In this document: in pieces, positions 26,761-38,479 of the stretch
How positions within the stretch are numbered: position 1 is the stretch's first letter
How the letters are laid out: the number at the start of each line of letters is the position of its first letter
Assembly (NCBI RefSeq): GCF_964204645.1
Contig: NC_134029.1
Coordinates: 2,480,001-2,544,000 of the forward strand
DNA: 64,000 nucleotides
Source of the DNA: Tubulanus polymorphus
Lineage: Eukaryota; Animalia; Nemertea
Direction: 5' to 3'
Notes under the pieces: generated by a model
The model's database searches: none
What the model was told of the DNA's origin: nothing
Seen by the model: the letters and a program-made list of their open reading frames with translations, nothing else
Made by a program: the position numbers and the translations under genes

Positions 26761-26994
26761 ACTTAAACTTAAAATTGATCCACCATGTAAATGTTTTTTC
26801 ATGCTCAAGTATAAATTATAGCATTTTAAACCCGGGGATACCCAAACAGCACAAGAAGTTCCCGTGTCCGTGTAGTAGTCCGTTTTCTCGTCCGATCATT
26901 AGTTCACATTGTTTACTTCCGGTTGTCAAATAGTCAATATCTATTGCGTATTTTACAAATAAAAAGAAGACAGTGATCTGAGGAAGAATAGAAC

Positions 26995-28113
26995 ATGTTT
27001 CAATCAATGTCGAACTGGTTTGGAGGAGCAAGTGGGTTCAAGAAAGATCAGGAGGAACTAACTCCTCCTGAGGAGGAGACTGACAGCAGCGTGAATCCGA
27101 CCAAAACCACTGATTCCGAAAACAACAGTGAAGAAGTTAAGAAGGAAACTGAAACTGCCAATGATTCAGCAGCAACTGAGGGGGAATCTGAGGGAGATGA
27201 TTTAGGTCTCCCCAATCTCGATGAAGTCTCCGCGAAAGCTCTAAATACGGCTAAAGTTTGGGGCAGTTTTCTATTGAATGTCGGGAAAGAAGCGACGAAA
27301 ACCGTTACGAAAACCGCGCAACAGCTGAAAGAGAAAACTCCGCTGATCAGCGACTTCCAGAAAGAACAAGATCGATTCAAAAGTGAAATGAAGAAGAAAC
27401 ATTCGGAAGCGGCCGTGCCTCCGTGGGTCGGGTATAACGAAGAGGAAACAATGAAAGAACAAATCATCGCTCTTTCTCAGGATCGACGTAACTTCCTGCG
27501 TAATCCTCCGGCTGGCGTTCAGTTCACGTTCGAATTCGACGCCATGTTCCCGGTCGCCATGGCCACGCTGCAAGAGGATCAGCGTCTCGAGAAAATGCGA
27601 TTCGAACTCGTGCCGAAATCGATCGCGGAAGAGAATTTCTGGCGTAATTATTTCTACCGAGTTTCGTTGATTAAACAATCGACTCAACTTACGTCGATGG
27701 CTCAACAACGAGTCGGAACTGATTCATCCTCAACTTCGTCTTCGGATTACGACAAATTGTCCGATTTACAAGAAAATCGTGCGGAGCCGGCGGCATCGGA
27801 GAGTCCTGAGGCGGAGAAACGCCTCGCTAAACCGGAGGATATCCCTACAGGAAGCAGTCCGCCGGATCACGAATTCATCAGCGACACGTTCCAGACCGAC
27901 GACATCAACGAGGAGGAAATCCGTCAAGAGATGCTGCTACTCGGGATGCAGAGCGGGGAACAGCAAGATGAAAAGAGTTCAGCGGGTGTGGCGCAGTGGG
28001 AGGAAGAGTTACAGCAGGAGTTGAGAGAATATGAAATGGTTGATGACGGAGCAGATGACGACATCGAGAAAGAGATACTAGAACAATTAGAACAAGAATC
28101 ACAACAAACATAA
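26995..28113 (+). CDS. SYAP1: Synapse-associated protein 1 / Sap47 (BSD domain), single-exon CDS
   Basis: 372 aa ORF with AAVPPWVGYNEEE, LSQDRRNFLRNPPAGVQF, MRFELVPK..EENFWRNYFYRVSLIKQS (BSD domain) and WEEELQQELREYEMV. Confidence 0.95.
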   Translation: MFQSMSNWFGGASGFKKDQEELTPPEEETDSSVNPTKTTDSENNSEEVKKETETANDSAATEGESEGDDLGLPNLDEVSAKALNTAKVWGSFLLNVGKEATKTVTKTAQQLKEKTPLISDFQKEQDRFKSEMKKKHSEAAVPPWVGYNEEETMKEQIIALSQDRRNFLRNPPAGVQFTFEFDAMFPVAMATLQEDQRLEKMRFELVPKSIAEENFWRNYFYRVSLIKQSTQLTSMAQQRVGTDSSSTSSSDYDKLSDLQENRAEPAASESPEAEKRLAKPEDIPTGSSPPDHEFISDTFQTDDINEEEIRQEMLLLGMQSGEQQDEKSSAGVAQWEEELQQELREYEMVDDGADDDIEKEILEQLEQESQQT

Positions 28114-28128
28114 AAAAACATTCATTTG

Positions 28129-28410
28129 TTACAGTAGAGAATGGGTGCTTACCTTTGATGTACAGTAGATTAAGGCATTTCTTATGATCTACAGTAGTCT
28201 TGACTGTGCGCTTGCCTTTGATTTACAGTAGATTGAGGCATTTCCTCTGATGTACAGTAGTCTAGACTGTGCGCTTGCCTTTGATTTACAGTAGATTGAG
28301 GCATTTCCTCTGATGTACAGTAGTCTAGACTGTGTGCTTATCTTTGATCTACGGTAGATTGAGATCAGGAAATGCCTTTGATCTACAGTAGACTGCGCGC
28401 TTGATCTAAC
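28129..28410. repeat. Minisatellite in the SYAP1 3' region (63 bp dimer of ~30+33 bp subunits)
   Basis: Alternating tacagtagattgaggcatttcctctgatg and tacagtagtctagactgtgcgcttgcctttgatt. Confidence 0.85.
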
Positions 28411-29577
28411 GGGACCAATATTTTCTCTGATTATAGAATTTCATCACAAGAGGTACTCAATGATCAGAAGCAAGCGCTCTAGTCTACCATATTCTTTTAT
28501 CGGTATCCTTCGGAACCAATGGTTATTTGCGGATTAAGAATGAATGTATCTCCTCCAAGGATCAGGATAGAGTATATGGTCATCGAACTGGGAAGTGGTA
28601 TCAACTTTCTTCTGTTTAATGCAATATTGTTATTTTAGCAAGGGAAAACACTAAAAAAACATTTAGATATTCTCAAACTGTGCTGACTGTATTGAATCAT
28701 GCAGACTTTGGTGGTTTAAGTCAGGCTTTGGAACTTCAATTTGGGATTTATTTGGTCAAAAAACTAATTTAAGAAAAACCTATCATTATCTGAATCTATT
28801 TATTGTAAGTGCTCTTTTAATATGCTTGATTGTGTAATTAATTGTTAATTTCTGATTATTAAAGTTTAACAGACTAGTGTCTCATGGATGATAGTTGATT
28901 CGCATTGTAATGAATACAAGATAGAGTAGTGTCTCACAATCTAAATCTGGGTCCAGGTTTATTTAAGAATGTTTTAGGGATGAATGGTTTGATTGTCTAT
29001 AACCTTGTAAAATAATGAAGTTACATGTATTAATAATGAACATGTAGTGATAGTATAGTGGGGTATAAATATATTGTGTAACTTTCATTTCCGTTTTTCA
29101 TTGTAAATAAATAAAATAATTATATATCAAAGGCCATCCTTTAGCTCAACATTCAGGATTCACTCAATCCGACCTGTTTGGTTTTTCAGTATGAAATTCC
29201 ATGGAGATGTCGACTGAATCGGACAAGGAGGGACGTTTTAGCCTGGCTACGGTTCAGTCAGTTGGGTACAGCTAGTAGATTAGTGGTACTGATGGTGAGA
29301 ATATAAGTACAACGCAGTCTCAAATACTAGTAGTCATTAAACTAACTCCATGTTAAATGTATACGAAATATATTTATTTCAATCAAAAGCATTATAGGCC
29401 ACAGAAATGCAGATAAAGCACAAAACACATTTTTCAGTCAAGAGATACATATAAACTAGGATGAAAGAAAACATTTCAGAATTGATATGTTTTATTGAGC
29501 AGCAGCTAAAGATATGAACTCAGTAGACTGAACATCAGTGAATAAGGATGAAATGAACTAAATTCATGCAGAAACAT

Positions 29578-31390
29578 TCAACAATCTGAAGATGTTTGAA
29601 AGTTCAGTTTAAAACAGGTTGAATTGTCTTCTAACAATTCGATCATCTTTGATTCAAATTTCTCTCTGACTTCGTTAAACTGCATGATATTCTCAGGTTT
29701 AGCATCGATCCAAAACTGATCGAACTCTGTGAATAAATAACCTACAAATAAACAAAACATTGATCATAGAGAACGGCAGCTTACAGCTACTGGAGAGGAG
29801 GAAAGGCAGTTGTGAGTGGAGGAAAGGGAGCGATGTCGAGGAAGAAAGAGGGTCTATTATTAAACAATACTTACAATAAACATAGTGAAAGTGATTGATA
29901 TCGGGAGCTCCTTGAATAACGTTATATAAATGAGTTTTCAAATGTCCTTTCATCAGTAAATCATACGTTAAACTCGTTATATTGATTCCTACTATCGCGA
30001 ACGAATATCTACAAAACAATTAACAGTTAGTAATCAGTAAATGAGTTAGGATTCAATTGTTCTGTACAACTGAATTCTACTGACCCTGTCTGAGGATGAT
30101 TCGAATGCGACAATAACTGCCTCGCTTGATCTTTGTAATTAGTAGAAAAATGTCTGAAATAAAACCACAACAGTTACGTTCAATAACTGAGCACAGTAGC
30201 CATCTTTATCCGGAGGATTACATACACCTTGTTACTTACACGAGATTATTCAAACCTAAAAGTCCCATGCCACGGAAATCTGTTTTCGGATCATCACCTT
30301 GGAAGCCGATATCGGTCCATTGTTTTGTAATACGAGATTCGAGGGGGGTATTCGGCATCAAATTCGCCCAAAGCTAAAAGAAAATGCACTGACCTTTGTA
30401 ATATATACTAGGGCTATACCATTCCCCGAAAACACATGAATAGAATTGACTAAATGCAGTATATGGTAGAACATGTAATAATACCTTCATTAACGAAGCC
30501 TCGTGATTTTGATTCTCATCGGTGTAAATTATCTTCCTCATTTTTTCAACATCAGCCATCAATAATCGGTAACCGCAAAGCTGATTCAAAAATACTTTCA
30601 TAGTCGACTCAAATCTAGAATTCATCAGAAAAATTATCAGTACTTATTGGGCTATTCAATAAGTATGCGCCAGTCATTGAGGATTGGGGACAAAAATCAA
30701 GCACTATGTTTATAATGCTTATGATGGTGTATATGGGAAGAGGGTGATTGAAACTCAACAACTTGTACCATAATCTTCATTGCAGTCGTTATTCTATTGC
30801 AAAAAGTTAAATAATTGATACAATAGATCAGAGATTTCAGTGTCTCCATATTTGTAGGACATTAAGAATACAAATTTATCAAAAGCATCAAACTTTAACT
30901 GTTGCTCCATCTTCAGTGGTGACACCCATGTCTAGCGGTTGCTCCTTCAGCGGTGGCCCCTTTTAAGCACTTGCTCCTGTCTCCTTGCTTTTGACTCACC
31001 GCGGGTAAAGCTGAGGTTTGATATTCTTTATAGTCGCAATTTCACTCGAAATATCGTCGACATTCGCATCTTCCGCATTCTGAATTAATCGCCATGACGA
31101 CTTTAGTTGCTTCGATAATTTCAACGATTTTTCTTTAATACGAAAATAGGGAGAATTTTAACGAGTTTCGCTTGAACACATTTTGATACATACTTCATGA
31201 ATTGCTTCTTAAATCGAAACTTACCGATATTTTTAGTAGTGACACCACGCTGGCGGTTGGCGGAGGGTCCGGCAGTCAATCGTAATAGTTCGCATTGACC
31301 GGTCAGTTGGTGTAGCGTCCATTTATAGATTGGACGCAGCAGTAAGAAATAAACACAATTACAAACACTGAAGAAATATTCAGTAAACAT
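29578..31390 (-). CDS. ELMOD2: ELMO domain-containing protein 2-like (ARL GAP), multi-exon
   Basis: Exon 1 MFTEYFF..KWTLHQLTGQCELLRL. Later exons encode QLCGYRLLM, QWTDIGFQGDDPKTDFRGMGLLGLNNL, YSFAIVGINITSL, LKTHLYN, FHYVYC and EFDQFWIDAKPENIMQFN. Assignment to ELMOD2 rather than ELMOD1 is tentative. Confidence 0.88.
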
Positions 31391-31659
31391 CACTGAAGCG
31401 TCGAGTCTGAAACTATAGAGCGAAACTTTGACACGACGGTCAACAACACAATATAAATCCGAAGTCACCCTCACAGTGAAATTTTCTGAGGAACTGAGGA
31501 GGCTAAATGAGTTATCAACACACTGAGTAAATGGGTAAAGGATAACTGAAATACAGTTAACCAGTCGAGATCTATCAAAGATCGTATCTTATTGTAGACA
31601 CTTCCTTTATGAACAGTACGTATTATTTACCTGTCATCCAAACCGGTAATTGACTTTAA

Positions 31660-31803
31660 CCGTCCTGTGCTGCCCCTAAATATAACGTTGGCGGTAAATC
31701 TGTGAACTAGCAATAGCTAGCCATACTGCTACTGTGGCACGCGAGTAATGAGTTAGTTCACTGATCTACCGCTAACGTTATATATAGGGGCAGCACTTCA
31801 CGG
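31660..31803. mobile_element. Foldback MITE, piggyBac-like (TTAA site), between ELMOD2 and POLR3K
   Basis: TTAA|ccgtcctgtgctgcccctaaatataacgttggcggtaaatctgtgaacta ... tagttcactgatctaccgctaacgttatatataggggcagcacttcacgg|TTGA, with ~50 bp inverted arms. Confidence 0.75.
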
Positions 31804-31889
31804 TTGAACTCTGAGATACCAACTCTGGCATGCGAGTAATAAATGTTAAATTAAACTTTATTATACAAAGTGTAGATAATGTGAGGATA

Positions 31890-32563
31890 ATGTTGACTTT
31901 TTGCCCGTGTTGTGCTAATGTACTGATTGTTGAAGAAGGTCCTAAATGTTACAGATTTTCCTGTAATACATGTCCATACATTCATAATATACAGAGAAAG
32001 GTAAGCACTACTGGCCATTATTGTGGTGGCCAAAATGGCAAAAATCAGAGGGAGAGGGGGCCAGGGGGTCTGTCTGTCTCAAACTGTTCCGCCTCTTCTC
32101 AGAAAAGGGTGATCGCTGGATTATAGCATATTTCTACCACTCACAAGAAATTCAGTACAATCCTCTAAATAACTAATTTACCAATCATTAGTGTTTCTAC
32201 TAAGGGACCACCAACCAACCAATCCACCAACCATTAATTATGAAATGATGACCGTGTTAACGTTCTTTTAGATTGCGAATCGGAAATATCCTAAATTGAA
32301 AGAAGTAGATGATGTGTTAGGTGGTGCAGCTGCCTGGGAGAATGTCGACTCAACGGAAGGTACACCTAACAATCCCTCATTTAAACATTTGATTTGTCGG
32401 TCACGTCTCTAATGTGTATTTATATATTTCTGCAGAAACTTGTCCTCGCTGCAGTCACCCGAGAGCGTTCTTCATGCAGATTCAAACACGGTCGGCTGAT
32501 GAACCGATGACAACGTTTTATAAGTGTTGTTCTCAGTCGTGTGGACACAGGTGGAGAGAATAG
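31890..32563 (+). CDS. POLR3K: RNA polymerase III subunit RPC10/C11, 3 exons
   Basis: Exons 31890-32000, 32272-32359 and 32436-32563 encode MLTFCPCCANVL..CNTCPY, KLKEVDDVLGGAAAWENVDST and CPRCSH..FMQIQTRSADEPMTTFYKC..C (TFIIS-like zinc ribbon). Confidence 0.97.
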
Positions 32564-32822
32564 AAACAATGACAGAATCAGAAATATCTATGTAAATGAA
32601 ATATATTTGTAAATAAACTTTTTTTTATCAAATATGTCAGTGATTTTTCCATTTACTTATTCACTTCTTTAAATCAATTACTGGGATCAATTAGGATGTA
32701 AAATGGGGGAAACCCACAATTACGCAGTAAAATTTGTCAAAATCCTCTATTCCTTTCATATACTTTAATTTACATTCAACTGATCTGGATTTAGCAAAGT
32801 CTAATGTACGAGGGTCTATGGA

Positions 32823-35378
32823 TTAAAAACCATCCAAAAGTGGTTTTCGTTTTTTCGGTTTCTGCTGCTGCGGGGTTGATGAGAAGAAATGAGTATTTGC
32901 CGACTGCGAATTCGTGGCTAGGTTTAAATCGGGCTGCGACGTGAACCAACCGTTAGAATTCATCTGAGATGATTGAAACATTTGTTTATCCAAATCATCG
33001 AAGATATTCTCATTCAGGTAATCGTCGTCAGCACCGCCGCCCGAGTCTAGCTGCGTCGAAAATAAATCCATCGATGAATCGAAAGTTTCCGCTTGAGTTT
33101 CTATATTTTCGGTATCCGTTTGATTCACCTGAATCTCTTCGGATTCATCCGCGGAGACGGCGTTTGAAATTAACCGATCATCGTTAGGTTTCTGCGGCGT
33201 TCCATCTAGCGTTTCGTCTTTGTCGACGTCGTATACGATTTCCTCTTCGTTCCACAAACGGATTAGTATTTTATTTTTCTCCGTATCGTCGGACGGGTCG
33301 TCAGTGCCGATCGCCCGATTCAGTTCGTGTTCTCCATCATCGAGACAATAATCGACGACTTTTCGACGAAACCTGTCCGGATGAGAGTCGACGTCCATCG
33401 AAACGTCTAACCCGCAATGACGACACAGCGAATCGGAGAACACATTCGTAGAATGGATTAAGTTGTCTACATTTTGCGGATTACAGCGCGGGCAGGCTAC
33501 GTGCGCCACCTGCCGACCTATGATTCTAAAAAAAGAATCGGAACCATCGACTTCGGGGAACTTTAAATCATCGGCAGTCGTTCGTTTATTCCTAAACTGC
33601 TGATGCACGCGTTGCAACCAGTCGCGACAGTATTCTGCACTCGTTTGATCGAGCGACACGGCCGCTGACCGGTCACCGATATCCATCTCTTTCGCGACTA
33701 AATCGACATTCTGATAAAATAGGTCGCCGAAACAACTCATCTGAATGACGGTGACCGAACGACTGTCACATCGTCGCTTGAAGCCGCAGATACCGAGCAG
33801 TGACGCATCGCGCACGCGTTTCTCAACGTTTTCTTTTTCAACTCCGTGAGGAATCAGTGAATCGTCGTGGGTAAACCGATTCATCGGAGAAACGCGCCAG
33901 CCGACTTTATCCGCGCGAGGGGTTTCACTCGTCGAGATCGGGTAGCACATACACTCGTCATTCAACCAGGAACTAGCGAGTAGCAGGTCTGGAAGAGCTG
34001 GATCGGGAACAATGTCTCTGATTATATCGGTATACTGCACCGGACAGCGTAGAGGTTGTTTCCAATGCAGCGCGGGATGTTTAGGAAAACGCTCGTCGAT
34101 CAAACTCATAGTGAAATCCGTATTTACGAGGTGATAAAACGGATTCGACGGCAGTGAATGAATCGAAACGATTCGTTCGTAATTCAATAGTAAATCGTTC
34201 GGTAAAATAAACAGATCGATTCCGCGTTGATTTGTGATTCTCTGATCCATCAAAACGACGTTTGTCTGATCAGCTATGCAGTAACACCGAGGGTGAGCCG
34301 TGTAGTGAACCTGTGTCCAATCCTCGCAACACGTGAATCTCGATTCGAACAAATCGCACACTTGATTCACGCGACCGTCACGACCCCACGTGAAAACCTG
34401 ACGCTTGTCGCTCGTTAAGACAGCTTCACCCGCGATGTGAGGACTTAACGCTATCGAACTGATTGAACCGGTGTTCAACACGTGTTCACGCACGAGTTCA
34501 ATTTTCATATGTTCGTCGCACGCATAAATAGAACACGATTTGTCACCCTTAGCGACGATAAGATCGTCAAATTGAACGCAACAATGCTGCAGCCCGGTGA
34601 CTGATTCCCCATAACGCACTTTATCAACATCGATCAATCTAATCGGCTCGCTCTCACCTTCTCTCGACGATGATAACTTTTTAACCAATATCTGGCTTAG
34701 ATTTTTACCCGAACTGTAAATTAAATAATCGTCATCATCGCGGGTGAATTGATTCAAACAACCCCCGGTATAACGATGGTTTACCGACGGTATATACGGA
34801 TCCGTAAACAGCTCTTTCGACCTCGCGAGAAACTTTACGTACGACGGAACCTGCGTTAAAACCGCGCCTACATCTATCGATCCATTTGAATCTTTAAATT
34901 CCCGTAAATGTCGAACCCATTTTTCCATGATTTCTATTTTCGGCGTGGCTTGTCGATTACTGGTATTTCCTAACTTTCTAAACAGAGATCTGTAGCAATT
35001 TGTCAGATTTTCGCGCTTGTTTTCGATTTCTCCGCTATAAACGTCGAATAATGGGAAATTCACAGAGTTCGGCTCAGTAAGAGGAAGACTCGGTTTACGA
35101 CCTCTAAATGTACAATTTACTGACGGATACTGAGGATACCATTTCACTAAGCAACCATCGTCACCTTCATTGTCATTATCATTCTCATTTACAGTAACTG
35201 ATACCGATGAGAAACCCTTCGAGCCGTAATCGTAGAAACACATTCTGTGTTCTGTACTAGTAGTTGTTCTATGTGATGGTTCGAATCCCCTCAATCCGGT
35301 CGGGGGATTTCTTGATGCGAGCGGACGCGGATAGTGATATTCTGGAAATTCGTTTGAGTTTACCCTGTTTTCTTCCAT
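32823..35378 (-). CDS. TAF1C: TBP-associated factor RNA polymerase I subunit C (SL1), single-exon CDS
   Basis: 851 aa ORF with beta-propeller-like region. Motifs SPHIAGE, AHPRCYCIADQT, LIDERFPKHPALHW, GDLFYQ and the C-terminal KKRKPLLDGF resemble TAF1C family motifs (SPH.PGE, AHPR, DER.P..P.L.W, GD.FYQ, basic..GF terminus). Confidence 0.8.
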   Translation of the reverse strand: MEENRVNSNEFPEYHYPRPLASRNPPTGLRGFEPSHRTTTSTEHRMCFYDYGSKGFSSVSVTVNENDNDNEGDDGCLVKWYPQYPSVNCTFRGRKPSLPLTEPNSVNFPLFDVYSGEIENKRENLTNCYRSLFRKLGNTSNRQATPKIEIMEKWVRHLREFKDSNGSIDVGAVLTQVPSYVKFLARSKELFTDPYIPSVNHRYTGGCLNQFTRDDDDYLIYSSGKNLSQILVKKLSSSREGESEPIRLIDVDKVRYGESVTGLQHCCVQFDDLIVAKGDKSCSIYACDEHMKIELVREHVLNTGSISSIALSPHIAGEAVLTSDKRQVFTWGRDGRVNQVCDLFESRFTCCEDWTQVHYTAHPRCYCIADQTNVVLMDQRITNQRGIDLFILPNDLLLNYERIVSIHSLPSNPFYHLVNTDFTMSLIDERFPKHPALHWKQPLRCPVQYTDIIRDIVPDPALPDLLLASSWLNDECMCYPISTSETPRADKVGWRVSPMNRFTHDDSLIPHGVEKENVEKRVRDASLLGICGFKRRCDSRSVTVIQMSCFGDLFYQNVDLVAKEMDIGDRSAAVSLDQTSAEYCRDWLQRVHQQFRNKRTTADDLKFPEVDGSDSFFRIIGRQVAHVACPRCNPQNVDNLIHSTNVFSDSLCRHCGLDVSMDVDSHPDRFRRKVVDYCLDDGEHELNRAIGTDDPSDDTEKNKILIRLWNEEEIVYDVDKDETLDGTPQKPNDDRLISNAVSADESEEIQVNQTDTENIETQAETFDSSMDLFSTQLDSGGGADDDYLNENIFDDLDKQMFQSSQMNSNGWFTSQPDLNLATNSQSANTHFFSSTPQQQKPKKRKPLLDGF

Positions 35379-35613
35379 TCTGTTCTGTTTGCTTCGTTCG
35401 GATCAAACTCAAAGTTCCTACTTACAGTATAGAATAAAGCCAGTGAAATCAATCAATCAATATCAATAATTCTTCATCAATCAGTTCATGTGTAAGCGGG
35501 AGAGAATCAATCCCTGGCAAGCGATGTCTCCACAGGTCCTTTTAAGTCACTTTTTAAGATGCTTTTAAGTCGGCCACTTGACGGTTTTGGTCGGTAATTA
35601 GAACTACCGCAAA

Positions 35614-37599
35614 ATGGCGGCGCCCAGTGTTTTGCTGGGAAGCTGTTTTGAGTTTGATTTAAAGAATTTGGTTCGAGGTAAGACTTTAATCGGGTTTTTC
35701 AGTGTAATCGAGTGTGAACGCCAGCACATTCAGTTCGGAAATGAGTTAGATATTTTGCATCTATCGTTGAATCGGTGAAAAACAGTCAAAAAGTAGTCAA
35801 AATATCGCGGTATTTATTTACTTCCGGGTTTTGACGTACCATTTTGATGTACCATTTTTTTTACTTAGGCTATCATAATCGTGAAACCTTTTGACTGTTG
35901 ATTTTTTTCTTTTAAGAAATATTGGATTCTGAAGAATTACCTGCATTTACTTCGCCCCTGCCTGAGATTAGTGCCTATAATTGGGCTGTAGACACCAAGT
36001 ATTACACAGCTGATGTAAATCTATGTATAGCAGCATCAAGAACTATTGGAACTGAAGAATTTGCAGACAGTGTTCAGGCTATTATACTTGTATTTGATAG
36101 TAAAGATGTAAGTATTTTGATCGTGTACAATGAAATGCTCTATCATCCGGGAAAACTCAGGTAATTTAGGAATATAGATCACAAGAGGATGAAAGATTGA
36201 TACTTGCTCAAGGGCAGGATTTTTATGTAATCAACAAGTTGTGTCGATGTTGTTAAAGTTTTGCATCAATAAAATCATTTCAGGAAGATTCGTTCAAACT
36301 TCTGCAGTCATGGATTCCATTCGTTGATCTATTTAAGCCAGCTGTGCAGTTACTAGTCTGTCAAAGATCGACACAAATTGATGGTTAGTTTCCACACTCT
36401 GAGCCTTAACTCTTGAATCATAATCAAATTCGTTATTACTGCTATTGACTTATTTGTAGCTGTTCCGAGGGCTAAAGTTTTCAACTGGTGTTTAGACCAT
36501 GATTTCGAACTGATCGAATTAGATCCAGAAGAGGAAAGCGAAGATGAAGAAGAAGATGGTAATTTCCTCATCTGATTGACGATCGTTGTAATTGAGTTGT
36601 ATTCATTTCTATTGTTTGTTTCTCCATATTTCAGAAGCGTTTAAAGATGTTATTGGTGTAAAACGAATTGTACAAGCACTGCATTCTCATCCCTGGCCAA
36701 ATCTTACTATGAAAGGTACAATATTAACAATTACTGTAAAATCTGCTTGTTACTCAAAACTAGGTACATGTTAACATATCTAGGTTCTAATAAGGATCCC
36801 TTATTCCTTGTGATCAAGACCAGTCAATATGTTCTCTTCAATGGGAAACTTTGTATTATTGCATTATTTTTTGCAACTCAAACATCATGATCCTGGTTTC
36901 CATAGTCAGCTAGCATTGTCAGTTGAATTTGTCAGTTCCACACATTTTATACATTTCAATTTTAGAACAACAACCATTCCATAAACAAGCCCTGATAAAT
37001 GGTCTCATGTCACAGAATGAAATTGCTGCTGGAAATGATGAAATCATAGAAACCTCTCCCGAGCAGGATTCTTCAAACCTACCAGTAGCTGCTGCTACTG
37101 GACAGAATAAGAACAATATTCTAGACGAGCAAATCGGTAAACAATTAAAAGAACAACATTTTCATTCGTGGCCCTGAATTTGATTGAAAAGATTATGGAT
37201 GTTGTTTTAATGATAATGATATCTATTTCAGATGCTTTACTAAAGGAAGATCTGAAAGCATTCGAATCGATTACGGATGAAGATGAAGATTCCTTCGAGA
37301 AATTATTCGAGAAAATGAGTTTAATGAAAGGTATTGAATGATTTGAAATTGTAATTCATTGATTACAACAGTTTTAACATTCAACCATTCATTCTATTTT
37401 TAGAGAAAACGGATAAACTGGATCCTGAAGCTCGGAAACTTTACGCTGAAAAGGTATTGAAGTAATAAATCGTCAATTAACTAAATATCCAATGTATATT
37501 CACTGTGATCTCTTCTGTGGACAGGTTGCTATTAGTTTTTGGAAGGCTATTGGTGGCGATGACAGTGAAATAGAAGGTTTAGATGATGAAAGTGATTGA
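35614..37599 (+). CDS. AAGAB: Alpha- and gamma-adaptin-binding protein p34, multi-exon
   Basis: MAAPSVLLGSC start. Exons encode WAVDTKYYTADVNLC, WCLDHDFELIELDP, GVKRIVQALHSHPWPNLTMK, SFEKLFEKM, RKLYAEK and VAISFWKAIGGDDSEIEGL; stop at 37597-37599. Confidence 0.93.
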
Positions 37600-38479
37600 A
37601 GACACTAGTTTTAGTTTATGTAATATAGTGTGCAACATGTATGGTTCATGTATTTATAAATAATGTAGCTGTATTATTTTATTGTAAATACTCTAAGTCG
37701 TAAACAATGCTTTGTTTATTTGTAAAAAATAATAATAATGGCAATACTCTAACTGTACAAAAGTGTATTTATTCGATTGGTTAACTACCTCGCTGCAGAA
37801 CATCATCAACTGAGTTGAGAATCTGGGACAATTCGAGAGTGTTTCATACGAAGAAGTCAACAACAGAATTTCTCTTTCGGAGGGAGACTTGAACAAAATT
37901 TATTAATACTGATTGAGCAACCTTTGCTGTTTTCATTACAAACCCTTCCATCAAATTACAAACTTGATTTGATTGCAAACTCCTGTTCATGAGATTATTC
38001 TCTTCATGTATAAATGCATAATAATATGAGACATTCCTCAGATCAGAGGAATCCGCAGCTCAAGAGGAATCATCAACTCTTTAGGAGCAACATTTTAAAC
38101 GTAAGATATGAATCGTTATAGAATAATTATTGCGGTGGAACCTAGTTATAATGAACTCAGTTATTAAGGCGAAAACAATATGACCGAAATGATTTAATTC
38201 CGTCAGTTCATGAAGTATATTCTATTGAGGTTCCATGGTTAACGAAAAACGCTTTCTGGTCATTGCACTTTTTTAATGATTTATGTACGAACTAAAACTA
38301 AAATCTAATTACTAGCGCTATATGAAATTCTACTCGATCTACTACTGGTAGATAGCACTACAAAAGAAATACAAAATCTAACTCATATACAACAAATAAA
38401 CACTTGCAATTGACAAATTTTGCTTCCATCTTGTCAAAAAAGCAAATTTCCAATGAGACAAACAAATACAAGACAATTC

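Noticed and set aside
27048-28121. Antisense and alternative-frame ORFs over SYAP1 (also over TAF1C and the transposase)
   Set aside because: Expected by-products of GC-rich coding sequence; no recognisable motifs.
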